A DNA stretch of 53,098 nucleotides, counting the filler, from Squatina squatina (Eukaryota), in NCBI GenBank assembly GCA_031763465.1. It is 3 parts of 3 records of this genome, joined end to end, with 100 filler letters (N's around TTAATTAATTAA, not from the genome) between each part and the next. Parts side by side here need not be neighbours in the genome. Positions count along the whole stretch, not along the records: positions 1 to 16,363 come from JARFOE010000013.1; positions 16,464 to 33,439 come from JARFOE010000004.1; 1 more part is not named here. The stretch is one strand, 5' to 3'. A program made the translations under genes and the position numbers. The notes beneath the pieces were generated by a model. It ran no database searches. It was not told the origin of the DNA and saw only the letters and a program-made list of their open reading frames with translations. This document shows positions 11,956-26,334 of the stretch, one piece after another; within the stretch, counting starts at the first letter, position 1, and the number at the start of each line of letters is the position of its first letter.

Positions 11956-12831
11956 GGTGCCCAATTGGTCTGCCCTATGTTTTAAACGCAAGGGAACCAA
12001 AAAGAGTGATTTTTGCGCGTGTGTTGCGCTACCCCAAAATTTCGCAGTATTCGGCACTTTGAGAAACTTTTTTGGGCAGCTTAAAAACTGGTCCAGAAAT
12101 GAGCGCAAATGGGTGCCTGATCGGCGCTCATTGAACTTTAGTGGTTTCAGCGGGCCAATTCACTAACCGATCGAACGAGCTGCAATCATGTGTCAGGCCA
12201 CCTCAGCCCTGAAAGGGAATCATTTTGAAACACAAGCACTGCTTAGGTCAGTCAATTCTGAGCCCGTGGGTCACTGAGGAGCCTTTGTTTTGGCAAGTGC
12301 TGTACTTCTGAGTGTCAAGTGATGGCAGTTGTGGGGTCCAGGAGGTCGAGGGCCCCAAGTTCACAGATCCATCCCTTCTAACTCTGGTGGCTGCTGTGGT
12401 CAGGAGGACTGACAGGCTCTTNNNNNNNNNNNNNNNNNNNNNNNNNNNNNNNNNNNNNNNNNNNNNNNNNNNNNNNNNNNNNNNNNNNNNNNNNNNNNNN
12501 NNNNNNNNNNNNNNNNNNNNNAAATTACATCCATTCCGGGTATCACAGCCCAAAAAAATGTGTGCTGTCACCGCCAGTTTAATGCTTGAAAACAGAGACC
12601 AATTCAACGTCAGGCGGCCATTTTGGGTGCTTCGCCCTCTGATGATGTCACCAAGTCCATTTTACATCCAGTGCCGCGTTTTCAGCGCTCTCCCATTAGC
12701 GCCCATTTAGCGCCGGCGTTAACCTGAGACCAATTTCACGTCTTAAATATTATCGCTGAAAACGGGCGTAAGACCCCTAACGCCTGTTCTGCGCCCATTT
12801 AGCGCTAGCGTTAAATGACCAATTGGGCACC
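11956..12831. mobile_element. Harbinger-like MITE with 15-bp perfect inverted repeats (gap inside)
   Basis: ggtgcccaattggtc (11956-11970) and gaccaattgggcacc (12817-12831). The N-gap at 12422-12521 means the two ends may belong to different copies. Confidence 0.55.
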
Positions 12832-15800
12832 CCAGATGTTTTCCATGGTGTAGGTTGAGGGAGGATTCCCTGCTATTCTTTGAATAGTGGCATAGGATGT
12901 TTTACATTCCCTAAGCAGGCAGCGAGTGCCTCAGTTTAACATCTCATCCTTCAGCACTACCGATGTGTCATTCTGTGCATGAGCCTTTACCTAGTGTCTG
13001 AACCTACCAAGAAAAGAACAGCAAAATTCTTAAAATTGCATCTTCCGTGGCACAAGCGTCATTGTACATGACAAAACACGCAGCTGACCAACAATCCAAT
13101 CAACAAGATGCAATAAAGTACTTTCCGGGGTGGGGACAGGACCGCATTTTTTTTTCCAAAAATATCAATGAAATAAAATAGTCAATATTAAATAGATTTC
13201 TTGAGAAATTAAACAATGCTACTGACAAAATAATTTTGATGTAACATTTACGACTGAAGTTTCTTATTGACTGGAAACTTCTGAACATCCCCAAACAAAG
13301 CAGTGAAAGTATGGTATACTTGTTTTAAGTGACGAAGGAAAGCCTTTGTCTGGACACGATTCTTCATACCTGTTTCTCATATAATTTAGGTCACTATTAC
13401 TACGGAGATTCTTTGGATGCAGTGTTCTGATTGGACAGGCTGTAGCAAACAAAGCATTCTCAGAAAGACAGAAGCCCCCGGGCAAACAGCCTTACAGTGT
13501 AAGAACTTAACTCAGCTGACATGCCTAAACACAGCCAAGACCTTCAACTGAACTGTGGTACAAATCTGGGATATCACATGGTTTCAAAGCAGCTGCTGAA
13601 TTGGAGTGCAAATGAGGCANNNNNNNNNNNNNNNNNNNNNNNNNNNNNNNNNNNNNNNNNNNNNNNNNNNNNNNNNNNNNNNNNNNNNNNNNNNNNNNNN
13701 NNNNNNNNNNNNNNNNNNNCTGACAGATTAAAATGCATAGATTTAGATTTATTCAATCACCTATATTTATCAAATGGTAGCAGTATATGCCTATCTGTTT
13801 GAAATGTGATATGCTAAATTAACAAAAAGCAGAGCACAGAAGTCCTTATCCTTTTGTTCTTGGGTAATCTCTGCTGTTTTTGACACTCCAAATGAAGCTC
13901 TGCTGCTCATCATATCTTTGCTACTTAACAGACCAAATGGCCTGGCTAGATGACTAACACTATCAGAATCCAACAGGTGGCTCCCACTTGAAGAGTTGTT
14001 TGCACCTTCCTCCTAACCTAACTTGTGAACAGTTACCAGTTCTTCAGCTTTGATGTGTGTTTTGCAGAATCTGGTTTTGTTTATTTGTGAAGGCTTTAAA
14101 TTAGTGTGTAATGGCACTCCCAGTATGAAGTAATTCGGCAAGGATCAACAGATTAGGCTAAGGTAAAGTGAAGGGATTGGGAGGGAGCATACTGTCTGAT
14201 TCTATACTTAATCATTAGGATGTGGTGCAGACTCAAGGAATGTAGAATTTACAGCCACTGACAATCACTCCTAACAGGAAGTGGGGAAGCTAAGCAAATT
14301 AAACTGTCTTCCACACAATGTCTACACTCTCAAGCGTCTTCAGTAACCTTTACAAATGTTGTTAATGTTGGTAATATCTTCGCATATATATGGCTTTTAC
14401 AATCAGTGTGCAGCACAACTCAGAGTTGCCGAACNNNNNNNNNNNNNNNNNNNNNNNNNNNNNNNNNNNNNNNNNNNNNNNNNNNNNNNNNNNNNNNNNN
14501 NNNNNNNNNNNNNNNNNNNNNNNNNNNNNNNNNNAACACTGTTTGCTATTTTCAGTAGCTCTTTGGAATTGTACTAAACACCAAATAACCCCATCGCAGC
14601 AATCATTATGTGAAGTTTTTCAGCACTAATGACACCCTGAGGAAAAGGAGCAAACAGGGAATGATTCAAACATAAATAAACCAGTCACCCCAAATTCTCA
14701 ACGTAAAAGAAAATTGCATTTCACCATGCAGCAGAAAATTCAGAAATTAGTTTCACAAATGTTTTGCTGAAAGAAGAAAAATAAAACCGTGAGACAAATA
14801 AAAGAAGTCTTGGATCGGAGTTCTTCGCTTGTGATGTGAAAGTGCCCCTTTATGTACTTGCACATTCCACTAGAGCAGAGAGAAGTGGGCTCCAGTGGGA
14901 AGCAGAAAAAGCAATGGATGACCTTGTCCTTCGTTGCTGAGGGTCTGTGGGTTTGGGCCAGGGACAGGAACTCCCTGTACAGACACTGTGTCTGCCGGCA
15001 TACAACCTACTCCACAGTGGAACACTTTGTTCACTGCCACCAAGGAAAACTTGCACAAAAACATAGCCTGTAGAAAGCTGAACCTTTAAGAGCTGCCCAT
15101 TTTTCTCTCTCTTAAATATGCTTTGAGAATATTTCTGGCATATGAAAATGATATAGCTAGTTAGAGTGTTTGAGCTGCTAAATAGGATAGAATAACACTG
15201 AAACCCAAGCAGCAGATAGTTACAGTTACAGAAAAAAATTCCCACTCAATGTGTAACTGTATAGAGTGGAATCCATGGAAAATATTATCATTCGTGCCTT
15301 GAACCTGTGCCTACTCTATCTCTGAAGAAGAATTTGACTCACAATGTCTCCTGAAAAAAATAGAGGATTTGTCCTGAGCGCNNNNNNNNNNNNNNNNNNN
15401 NNNNNNNNNNNNNNNNNNNNNNNNNNNNNNNNNNNNNNNNNNNNNNNNNNNNNNNNNNNNNNNNNNNNNNNNNNNNNNNNNCACTGATACTTTCTCTGTT
15501 TGTTTGCTTGTTTTATCCCCCCACCACCTTTTTCTGATTCTATTAAAATGCTTCTACATCTTTCACTTCTCAGTTCTAAAGAAGGGCCCAGCCTAAAACA
15601 ACTGTTGTCTCTGAAGATGCTGATTAAAGTACTGTGTGTGTCTCCAGCATTTTCTATTTTGACCATATTTGAAAGTATTGTAGATTGCCAAGTGTCGAAA
15701 TGATCTCCTGAAGTAATAGAAGATACTGAATCCTGACAACATGAGGAAGGTCTATGAACTGCAATGTGACCTTCGCTCATTCCTTGACTTTCTCATTTTC

Positions 15801-16363
15801 CAGTCAACTATCCAAATATGTCATGGGCATATTGTAATATTGACTGTATTTTTCATCAAAATCTCTTGCAGACTTTTTGCTAATGTCTATTGTTCTATTG
15901 TTATTCTCTCCTGACCACAATAGCTTGAAGGCATTCCGTTTGCCCCATGTCACTGCAAAATTTTCTCTAGGGAAGCTACTGAAAGTGCTGACTACCTGAT
16001 GATATTGCTGGCTACAATTCAATATCATAACAGGTTCTCCTTCAATACTTTTCTTTTTAATAGGAGTGTCTGAGACCCATTGGAAAACTTCCAATTTTAC
16101 CGGGCTTGGCTTTGTTCCCACAATCTGGTCACTTCCACCTGCTTACTGCAACCAATATCTTCCAGCAGCATTACTTGATTTCCAATTATTCAGTACAGAT
16201 AAAAATGGGGAGGGGGACGAAGGAGGGAGGGGTCTCAGTTCCACCCTGAGTTTGAAAATCTTCAAGCTTACCTAAACTGTTGGGAGGAGATTCTGTTGTA
16301 TTATTTTGCACTATCGTGACTTAGCCCACTAGAATGCAGATAGAATTTTCTGCAGAAGTCCTT

Positions 16364-16463
16364 NNNNNNNNNNNNNNNNNNNNNNNNNNNNNNNNNNNNN
16401 NNNNNNNTTAATTAATTAANNNNNNNNNNNNNNNNNNNNNNNNNNNNNNNNNNNNNNNNNNNN
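16364..16463. other. Artificial scaffold-concatenation linker
   Basis: 44 N + TTAATTAATTAA (16408-16419; stops in all six frames) + 44 N; identical to 33440-33539. Confidence 0.97.
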
Positions 16464-16596
16464 CAAGTAGTTCAGGAGAAATATATTCCATTAAAATATA
16501 GGAAGGGGGTGTTATTTTAACACTCCCCACTCAGCAGGAAGAGTTAAAATAGAGTGGCTCCATTTACAGCTCCATATTTCTGATTTTTTTTTTTTT

Positions 16597-16992
16597 AATT
16601 CGTTCCAGGATGTGGATGTCACTGGCAAGGCCAGCATTTATTGCCCATCCCTAATTGCCCTCGAGAAGGTGATGGTGAGCCGCCTTCTTGTACCGCTACA
16701 GCCCGTGTCCTGAAGATATTCCCACAGTGCTGTTTGGGAGAGAGTTCCACGATTTTGACCCAGCAACGATGAAGAAACAGCGATATATTTCCAAGCCAGG
16801 ATGGTGTGTAATTTGGAGGGGATCTTGCAGGTAATGGTGCTCCCATCTGTATGCTGTTCTTGTCCTAGGTGGCAGAGGTTGTGGGTTTGGGAAGTGCCGC
16901 TGGAGAAGCCTTGGCGAGTTGCTGCAATGCATTTTGTAAATGGCACACACTGTAGCCACGGTGCTTCGGTGGTGGAGGGAGTGAATGTTTAC
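16597..16992 (-). mobile_element. LINE 3' end (CR1/L2-group, family with IHSLHHR...SWNSLP)
   Basis: NIHSLHHRSTVATVCAIYKMHCSNSPRLL...FIVAGSKSWNSLPNSTVG; further copies at 42693-43040 (-) and 49246-49445 (+). Confidence 0.8.
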
Positions 16993-17084
16993 GGTGGTGT
17001 TCTTGTGATCGGTGGATGTAGAGAAACTGTTTACACTTGTGGGTGAATCCAGGAAAAGGAGGCATAAAAACAAGATAGCCTCCA

Positions 17085-17330
17085 ACAAATCAAAGTTAGG
17101 AGGAATTTCTTGACACAGACAGTGGTGAGAATATGAAACTTGTTACATGGAATGGTTGAAGCAGATGGCATCCACATTTAAAAGGGAAGGCTTGATACAT
17201 TCAAGAGGAAGAAAAGAGAGGGATACAGGGAGAGAATGGGAAGAGATAATTAGAGTATGAGGAGGCTAAACACCAGCATAGACCAGTGGAGCCGAATGGC
17301 CTATTTCCGTGCTGTAGATTCTATGTAATT
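17085..17330 (+). mobile_element. CR1 3' end fragment
   Basis: aggaggaatttcttgacacagacagtggtgagaat... ending gccgaatggcctatttccgtgctgtagattctatg. Confidence 0.7.
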
Positions 17331-17737
17331 AATGCAGCATTCGATCACCTGTTGCTCGGTCTCTGATGTCATGCTGCTCCCCCAGGATTATTGAGCAATA
17401 ATATTTACAGACCTGTGTCTGCAGTGCCCATCTGAGACGGACTGCAACATGAAAAATTGCAGGCAGAGACACTGCATTCTGCAAGCCCATAGCACAACAC
17501 CAATGCATCAGATCAACAATAATTTGCAACCTTTTTCCAATTACTTAATTGAAGCAATGCACCATGTTCATGGTGGCAAATGATTCATTGTCCACTGGCT
17601 TATCAGCAGGCAACATTAAGTTAACTGCTACTAACGAAAATCTGCTACCCATGAGAAATTAAAAGCCAAGAAAAAAAAGCACGATATTCAGCCACCGTCG
17701 TCTCCTGATTACATGCATTGTAGATTTAACAAATTTA

Positions 17738-17986
<249 letters not shown>

Positions 17987-19151
17987 TTAAATGCACTGCC
18001 ATGGTTACAACGCAGTCCGTGGGACCTAACCATTTTGCATTTTCTAGAAGATCTGCATATTAAATGAACATTCCTGGATTTAGTGCAAAATGCAGTCTGA
18101 AAGAATTGCAAGCCAATATATGGCAATTGTCTAATAAAAGACATACGTTTACAATAAATGGTGCTGCCAATTTATCAAATTATGAACAAACTTGTTGCAT
18201 GGTTTATCCACATTTGTTTGAAATCAGTTTTTTCCCCCCAGCAAAATGTATGACTTGTAATGAGAAATTATCTACATACAATTGCCAAAGGGCATTGTCT
18301 TTTCCTTTGCAGAAGAGGGCGCCAAAAGAACTGATTAGAGATTCAGAAAAAGAACTCACAAGTCAATCATTTGTTTCTACATTCAAAGACTGGAATGAAA
18401 GCACACATCAATAAATCAGAACTCCAGATTTAAACAAAAAATTAGCTGCAACTAGATGTCCAGATTTCCACAGAACCAATAAACTGTTCGTGCAGAATTA
18501 AATGATATACAATATATTCCTGCTTTGATATTGAAAACCCAGCATAACGTCAGGGTTTAATTCCATGATAATACAACATCCTTCAAGTCAAGACAAATGA
18601 ACAATTATGCAATAAAAGCACTACAAAATAAGTCAGTTGTTTCTCCAGAATGACTGCTACTACATGGAAATTTTGGTTGCGCTGCCAATTTTGAGGGACA
18701 TAAAAACAGGAATGACAGATCAAGTACAGATATAAAATGTCATCATACATAAATGGAAANNNNNNNNNNNNNNNNNNNNNNNNNNNNNNNNNNNNNNNNN
18801 NNNNNNNNNNNNNNNNNNNNNNNNNNNNNNNNNNNNNNNNNNNNNNNNNNNNNNNNNNNNNNNNNNNNNNNNNNNNNNNNNNNNNNNNNNNNNNNNNNNN
18901 NNNNNNNNNNNNNNNNNNNNNNNNNNNNNNNNNNNNNNNNNNNNNNNNNNNNNNNNNNNNNNNNNNNNNNNNNNNNNNNNNNNNNNNNNNNNNNNNNNNN
19001 NNNNNNNNNNNNNNNNNNNNNNNNNNNNNNNNNNNNNNNNNNNNNNNNNNNNNNNNNNNNNNNNNNNNNNNNNNNNNNNNNNNNNNNNNNNNNNNNNNNN
19101 NNNNNNNNNNNNNNNNNNNNNNNNNNNNNNNNNNNNNNNNNNNNNNNNNNN

Positions 19152-19404
<253 letters not shown>

Positions 19405-20253
19405 TTATAACAATGTTTTTTTTTAAAAACAATAGGAAATTATTTGTGCACATTCTGTTCACCAGCAGTACTACTAAACAAAACTGTATGAACAACTATT
19501 TTTAGCATTTGGCCTAAAATACTCCATCATACCCACACCCTATCCCCATGAGGAAACAGGATATCATTTTTCAATTGTATTTAATACCCCTTAAACATCT
19601 ATTTAGAAACTGTAAAATTAGCTCCCTGATGACAGTGGGTAAACACATTGCCAGCAAGTGGTTTAATAGCACAGACCAAGAAAGTGCTGGGTTCAATCCA
19701 TGGCAGAAGTGATTAAGCGGATGTCAACCAGGACTGCTACAAGTTCAANNNNNNNNNNNNNNNNNNNNNNNNNNNNNNNNNNNNNNNNNNNNNNNNNNNN
19801 NNNNNNNNNNNNNNNNNNNNNNNNNNNNNNNNNNNNNNNNNNNNNNNNCAACAGTTTATTCAAAACTCTGCAGCACACTTCCTAACTTGCACCATCTCTG
19901 GCGTAATGGAATATGTTAATAAGTGGCTTGCTATATTTTCTGTATGGAAAGGACATGTAAAATAATAACATGAATATTAAAAGATAAAAGTTGAAGTGAG
20001 TCCAACCACAACTCATGACTAAATACTGCAGTCAATCAATAAACAAGTAATGAGATCAGAGCAGTTTCTAAACCATTTTAGAAAATAAATGACCATAGAT
20101 TTAAGAGTACTAAAAAAGAAAAAAAAACTTGTTTTCTCGCTTTGTTTTGAAAGGTTTGCGAATTACTTGGTGCATTCTCATATATCCAAGAGATCTGCAC
20201 AAAACAAACTCAAATACAGGATTGTTGCCCTGATGCTTAGTGAAAAATGTTCA

Positions 20254-20418
<165 letters not shown>

Positions 20419-20469
20419 TTAAATCAGGTGATCTTACAAAATGCAAAACCTCGACACTCGTCAATTTAA

Positions 20470-20720
20470 GAGCATGTTAACTATTTGGGGCAACATAGTG
20501 GCACAAGTGCACAACAGTTCGAATGAACTGCAGAGTGGCACATGAAGCAATTCAGGCGTGACCCTTGAAATACTGTTTCTCAGTCTCGTGCCTAACTTGT
20601 TAAACCTCCTCCACAAGACCTCAAACATACTTGCATCAACATCATCATCAGTTTCAATATGGATCAAGACTTTTGGCTGCTCTCCTTCCCTTCCTGGAAG
20701 CTTCACCACCCATTCTGGGA
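20470..20720 (-). mobile_element. Decayed CR1 ORF1 (SGNH esterase-like) fragment
   Basis: GEQPKVLIHIETDD..FEVLWRRFNKLGTRLRNSISRV..ELLHVP resembles the CR1 ORF1 motif EQP.V.VHIGTND. Confidence 0.6.
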
Positions 20721-20820
20721 NNNNNNNNNNNNNNNNNNNNNNNNNNNNNNNNNNNNNNNNNNNNNNNNNNNNNNNNNNNNNNNNNNNNNNNNNNNNNNNN
20801 NNNNNNNNNNNNNNNNNNNN

Positions 20821-20885
20821 CAGACAGGAAGCAAAGGGTAGGTATAAACGGGTCCTTTTCAGAATGGCAGGCAGTGACTAGTGGA
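20821..20885 (+). mobile_element. CR1 reverse-transcriptase fragment
   Basis: DRKQRVGINGSFSEWQAVTSG. Confidence 0.75.
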
Positions 20886-21038
20886 AAGCAATGCTGTATT
20901 TATGAGGTATGGCCTGAGGAAGGAGAAGAGGCAATCAATTTTGTTTCTTTGCCAGTCAGTCATTCATAATAGCCATCTATTTTACAAAAATACACCTTTG
21001 CCTACCCGTCCCCAAAATTATGTTGCCAATTGATTATA

Positions 21039-21060
21039 TACACACACACACACACACACA
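21039..21060 (+). repeat. (CA)n microsatellite
   Basis: Run of about 10 CA units preceded by TA units. Confidence 0.9.
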
Positions 21061-24000
21061 ATATAAATGGAACATTCTCTGCTCCAAAATATTCTTCACT
21101 TCTGTGAAAATAACAATTACTTAAGAGCCTAAAAACTTTGCATGTTAAAATAAATGCAAATTTACTTATATATACACACACACACCAAGTATGAGTGGAT
21201 TAAGATATTTGTTCACTAAGAATGTGTTCATAACTACATTGTACCTCCATTATTTTTTCATTCAAAGATAAAAATGTGATTCCAAATTCAATATTCCTTC
21301 TCCCTTACCCTTGGAGAACTTTATTTATCAAGTGTGCTGAATCTTAATTTAGAACAGTCTGTTAAAAATTCTACAAAAGTAAAATAAATTAAAAATTCTG
21401 TTCATGATCCATAAAGTTGCTATTCTCAGAACCTGGTCATCCACAAGCTTTCAAAATAACTTCTCCATGAACTTGAGGTTATGCAGCTGGTGCCTCATTC
21501 TGATTTCCTGCTGATAAATGACAAGAAAACTGGAACAGACATTTTTGAAATATTTTCAGCTTGTGCCACTCATTGTTTTTAACATTTGCTTGTAGAAATT
21601 TAAGGGAAAAAATGCCAAAACTGCCACTCCTTTTGAATATTGTAACTCCATAAATCGACAATATGCTCTGCGGCTGCCATCAACTTTCAAGATATTACTG
21701 TGTCTGCTTTCCACAAGCTGAAACAAGTTATAGTCAAAGACAACAACATCCACTTTTTGAAGCCCAAAATTTATTTATACTGCCAGAGTCCCTTTAGCTG
21801 AAACTTTGCCAACATTGACAAAAATGTTCCAAGTATTTTCTCTGAAAATTCAAGTTAAATTGCATAAGCATTTTTGGGCATTTGCCTCAGAAACCTCATG
21901 TAGCAACAACCATAAATAGATGGCATGAAGACTTACAATATTTTGCTTAAGCTGTGGCCTAGTGCATTGCTTTATAGCATGAATTCCTTTGCTGCCTTAG
22001 GCACCATTTAAAATGAATTAAAACAGATGCTAATAAAATGGTATTCTCTGAGAACTAAAACAAAATTTCTTTCTGAAACATAATAAATATAGAGGTTTCC
22101 CTACTAGGAGGCTCCAATTAGTCTTACAAGATCTGTTCAGAATGGAAGGGAACACTTCTGATTTCTTGGTTGGGACTAAATAATGACTGACTATGAAGGC
22201 AATCCATTCTGCAAAGCATATCAACATCCATTCCTTATAAATTAACCCCCAAAAAAACTTTTTACCTGTAACTATAACTACTGCCAACCAATTAACCTGG
22301 TTTCAATTAAAATAGAGATCACCAACAACGAAAAACATGATCTTTTAGGAAAGCAACAAGATTATTCAAGTTCCTTCTTTGGAATTCTGTTTTGANNNNN
22401 NNNNNNNNNNNNNNNNNNNNNNNNNNNNNNNNNNNNNNNNNNNNNNNNNNNNNNNNNNNNNNNNNNNNNNNNNNNNNNNNNNNNNNNNNNNNNNNGACCG
22501 TCATTTCATTGCCGTGTGACAAATGCAGTCGCAATTAAATTATGAAGTCATGAAAGTATGTTGTGTATATATAGACGTGAATAGGGAATGAATATGAATT
22601 GGTGATGAACAATTTTATTGTTTTACTGTTTGTTTCATATTGTTACCAATTCGCGTCTTCGCATTTTGGCTTTTTTAATTTTGCATGATTATTATAAATT
22701 GGGAAATAATGAGGAACAAAAATGGAGCATCGAAAATATTGAATGGATTTATTGTAATCCTGTCTAATTATATTCCTCGTATCAAAATGTCTTTACAACT
22801 GTGTATCTGAATTTATTCCTTGCGGAAAATCATTGATACCAATTAAAATGCAGCTCCGAGGAGGGAGGGGAAGAGTGATTTAAATCTATTTTGCTTTTGA
22901 GACTTTAAAACTGAAGTATATCACATTCCTAAATCCTGACATGAGGTCAGCTTAAAAGTCGTTATGGTGTTACTTTGAAGTCTAAAACTAATCTCTGTGG
23001 GAAATCATAAGCTTTAGAGAAAAGAAAATAAGTAAAGTGTGACTATAGATCTATTTTTAAGCATATTTGTAATTTCGAGGGCATTTAATATTTTTCAGTG
23101 TCTAAGCATACTTTTGGAACAAAAAGATTGGGGCCAAACAGCTCGAAGTAAAATAAGCTCTAAGTAACAACATTGATAGTATTTCTCCCCTTGATTTTGT
23201 TTTGTGTAATGTTTTATCAGTTTAACTATTCCGGGGACTGTGCAATTAACTTTTCACCCAAAGATTAATAACGGAGCAAAATAAAAATAAACTCCATCAT
23301 AAAACTTCATTAAAACTTGACATCCAGTGTAAGTTTTTTTTTGAATAGAGAGCAAGTGATGAATAAATTACATGTGCTGCCTTTTAAACCATAGGAGTTC
23401 ACATCCTTCTGGAAATAGCATACATACAAATAGAGTAGCTATGAAAGTTTAAAGACTTTTGTGTTAAGTTTTCTGTTTTCAAAATTCTTGCTGTGAAAAT
23501 ACTACCCAAGGTCCTGGAATGGCTGCCTCATTCCCATCAATCTGAAGGTCTTTGCCCTTTCCAATGGGACGTAGTTAGATTTCTACATAGATGTAGGCTA
23601 TGTTGTTTATTGCCTTGTAGGGGACCAAGTTTTACATAGACTTTACCTCCATGACTTTGAATATTCTAGTTCCAATTTGAAACAGCAGTATTTATAACAT
23701 TAAGTTTTTCAGGTTGTGGGCCTGACTAGTTCTGTTGCTGCACTCAAATCACTTAATGTAATCTGAGGCCTTCAGTTAGTTTTGCTGATTGACCATCAAG
23801 CTCTTTATGGATTTAACAATGGAAGATTAGCTTTAAGATTTAAAATTAAATGTGACTTTATTTCATTTAATGGCATGAAACTGAACCTGAACATTTTCTT
23901 TTATTGTGGATTTTTAGTGGAGTAGTGCCTTTTGCCAAGTCCAAAAATGGACAGGGGCATGGCTGTGAAATGGCTCCTGAATGGTATTAATCTCCATTTA

Positions 24001-24766
24001 AAATATACAAATAAGTAACATTGTTCCTCACCTTGTCCCTAAGAAATCAAGACACAACACACCAAGGAACAGAATGGAAAATGCCTAGAAGTCTTGCATT
24101 TAATTCAAAGCAAACCATTTTTTTTTAAAGCGCGCACATTCCCTACCCCAAACTCATATCAACAGGCTTTTGACTTTGTCTTTGTAATGCCACAGCGCAC
24201 GCATTTTCTTTGGATTAATGTAGAATCCTGGCATCAGATCTAAGGGCAACTGCAACATTACAGACTCAGAACAACTATTAAATCTTGTTCATTTTTCTTT
24301 TTTTAAAAACAGAAAAGTCTGAATGTACTGCAGGGCACCTGATCATCAAGAATGCAACTGGGGGTTGAGTGCGAAGAAATCCAGTTTCAACCCCATGCCA
24401 CTGGAAACCCACAGTTGTAAGGCACTGGCACAGGGGAGGGTGGGAAAGCAAAGGAGGAGAACACACAAGAATGATCAGAAGAAATGGAGAACAGTGGGGG
24501 AAATGGAGAAATAACTCCCACTGGTTTGTGTGTGACTGGTGTGTTTTAAGTGTGAGTTTACCATGTCCTGAGATTGGGATCTCACTGATGCAAACCCATA
24601 TCCTGCCTCCTCAGAATCCCTCCCCCAGCCCAATACGGTAATCTTTCATATCCTATCACAACATGANNNNNNNNNNNNNNNNNNNNNNNNNNNNNNNNNN
24701 NNNNNNNNNNNNNNNNNNNNNNNNNNNNNNNNNNNNNNNNNNNNNNNNNNNNNNNNNNNNNNNNNN

Positions 24767-24935
24767 TCCGACATTCCTCAAGTCCACTTTCCTGCCCTTT
24801 CCCCATAACCCTTGATTCCCTTACTGATTAAAAATCTATCTATTTCAGCCTTAAATATACACAAAGGACTCAGCCTCCACAGCTCTCTGTGGCAAGAAAT
24901 TCCAAAGGCTCACAACCCTCAGAGAAGAAATTCTC
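24767..24935 (-). mobile_element. CR1 3' region fragment
   Basis: ccccataacccttgattccc..aaaaatctatctatttcagccttaaatat..agaaattccaaagg, similar to 3190-3320. Confidence 0.75.
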
Positions 24936-25547
24936 TCTTTGAGCTACTTGCTCAGCGCCTTCCTTCCCCCTCACTCCACTGTCATTCACCTCAGTTATCC
25001 CTGCACCCACTCTCCTTCGCCCTCTCACCCCGTTTTCTTCTACCTCCCTCGTACCCTCCGACTCATTGCCCTCAGAGGCTTTGTTGGTTTTCAAAATTCA
25101 ACATATCTGTTTTTTGGTTAAATAAATCAAATTAGGCTCACAAAAGAAACAGCTTGTTTCCATCTGTGTGTGTCTGGGCCTGTCACAGGCTCTCTCAAAT
25201 ATATCAGCAATTAGAATACTTGCACTTTCTTGTCAATTCAAATGAGATTAGAGGCTATCCAAAACAATGCACTGCAGGTGCACTGCTCCCGGCTAACACA
25301 AGGGGGAGACAACAACACATCAGGCAAATCAGTCTTTAAATGTCTGCAAACTGGACCTGATGGAATACATCCTTAAATAGTCAAGAAAATGGCAGAATAA
25401 GTAAGACTTTGGTAAATAACTTTAAGGTCTCCATGAACACGGCAATTGTATTTGCATAAAGTATCTCTGTAATGAATGGTTCTCTGCAGTCCTTTTATTT
25501 GGGGGCTATGCTGCCATGTACACACTTATTCAGTGCATACACCCTTA

Positions 25548-26234
25548 AAGGTATATGAGCAATGCTGTGCAGTGATAGCTAGAGCAAATAGGGTGTTGGG
25601 GTGTGTCCATAGGACAATTGAGTATAAGACCAGGCATACTATTGTGTCCTTGTACAAGAGCTTAGTCAGGCCTCACTTGGAATACTGTGTCCAGATTTGG
25701 TCTCCTCACATGGTGGGTGATATTGAGGCTCTGGAAAGGGTGCAGAAGAGGGCCACTGGACCAAATCCAAGTCTAAAGCATCTTAGTTATCAAGATAGGC
25801 TAAAAGAGTTGGGACTCTACACTTTAGGGCAGCGTAGACTTAGAGATGATTTGATCAAGGTTTATGATAAGGAAGGGAATACATTGTGTTCCAGTTGACA
25901 ATTTGTTTCAATTAAATGTGATCGGGAGGACCAGAGGTCACAAATTTAAGTTGTAGAAGGCCAGATCCAGGCTAGATGTCAGGAAGTTGTTCTTTTCCCA
26001 GAGAATACTGGACTTCTGGAACGGGCTGCCGTCTCATGCGATGGATGCTGATTCGCTGAATTCCTCCAAGCGAGAGCTGGACTTGTTTCTGGCTGGGGTG
26101 GCGATCACCTCTTACAGAAGGTAGGTACTACAGGGAATTCAGGGCCAGAGTGATCTCCTCGACTAGTTTCGATCGCCTAGATGGGTCGGAGAGGAATTGC
26201 CCAGAATTTTTTCCCAAATTCGCGTGGGTTTTTT
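25548..26234 (+). mobile_element. CR1 LINE ORF2 C-terminus and 3' UTR
   Basis: ARANRVLGCVHRTIEYKTRHTIVSLYKSLVRPHLEYCVQIWSPH..DIEALERVQKRAT..LSYQDRLKELGLYTL..RRLR. Confidence 0.9.
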
Positions 26235-26334
26235 NNNNNNNNNNNNNNNNNNNNNNNNNNNNNNNNNNNNNNNNNNNNNNNNNNNNNNNNNNNNNNNNNN
26301 NNNNNNNNNNNNNNNNNNNNNNNNNNNNNNNNNN

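Noticed and set aside
16408-16419. TTAATTAATTAA as a homeodomain site or repeat
   Set aside because: Centred in symmetric N runs and repeated exactly at 33484, so it is synthetic.
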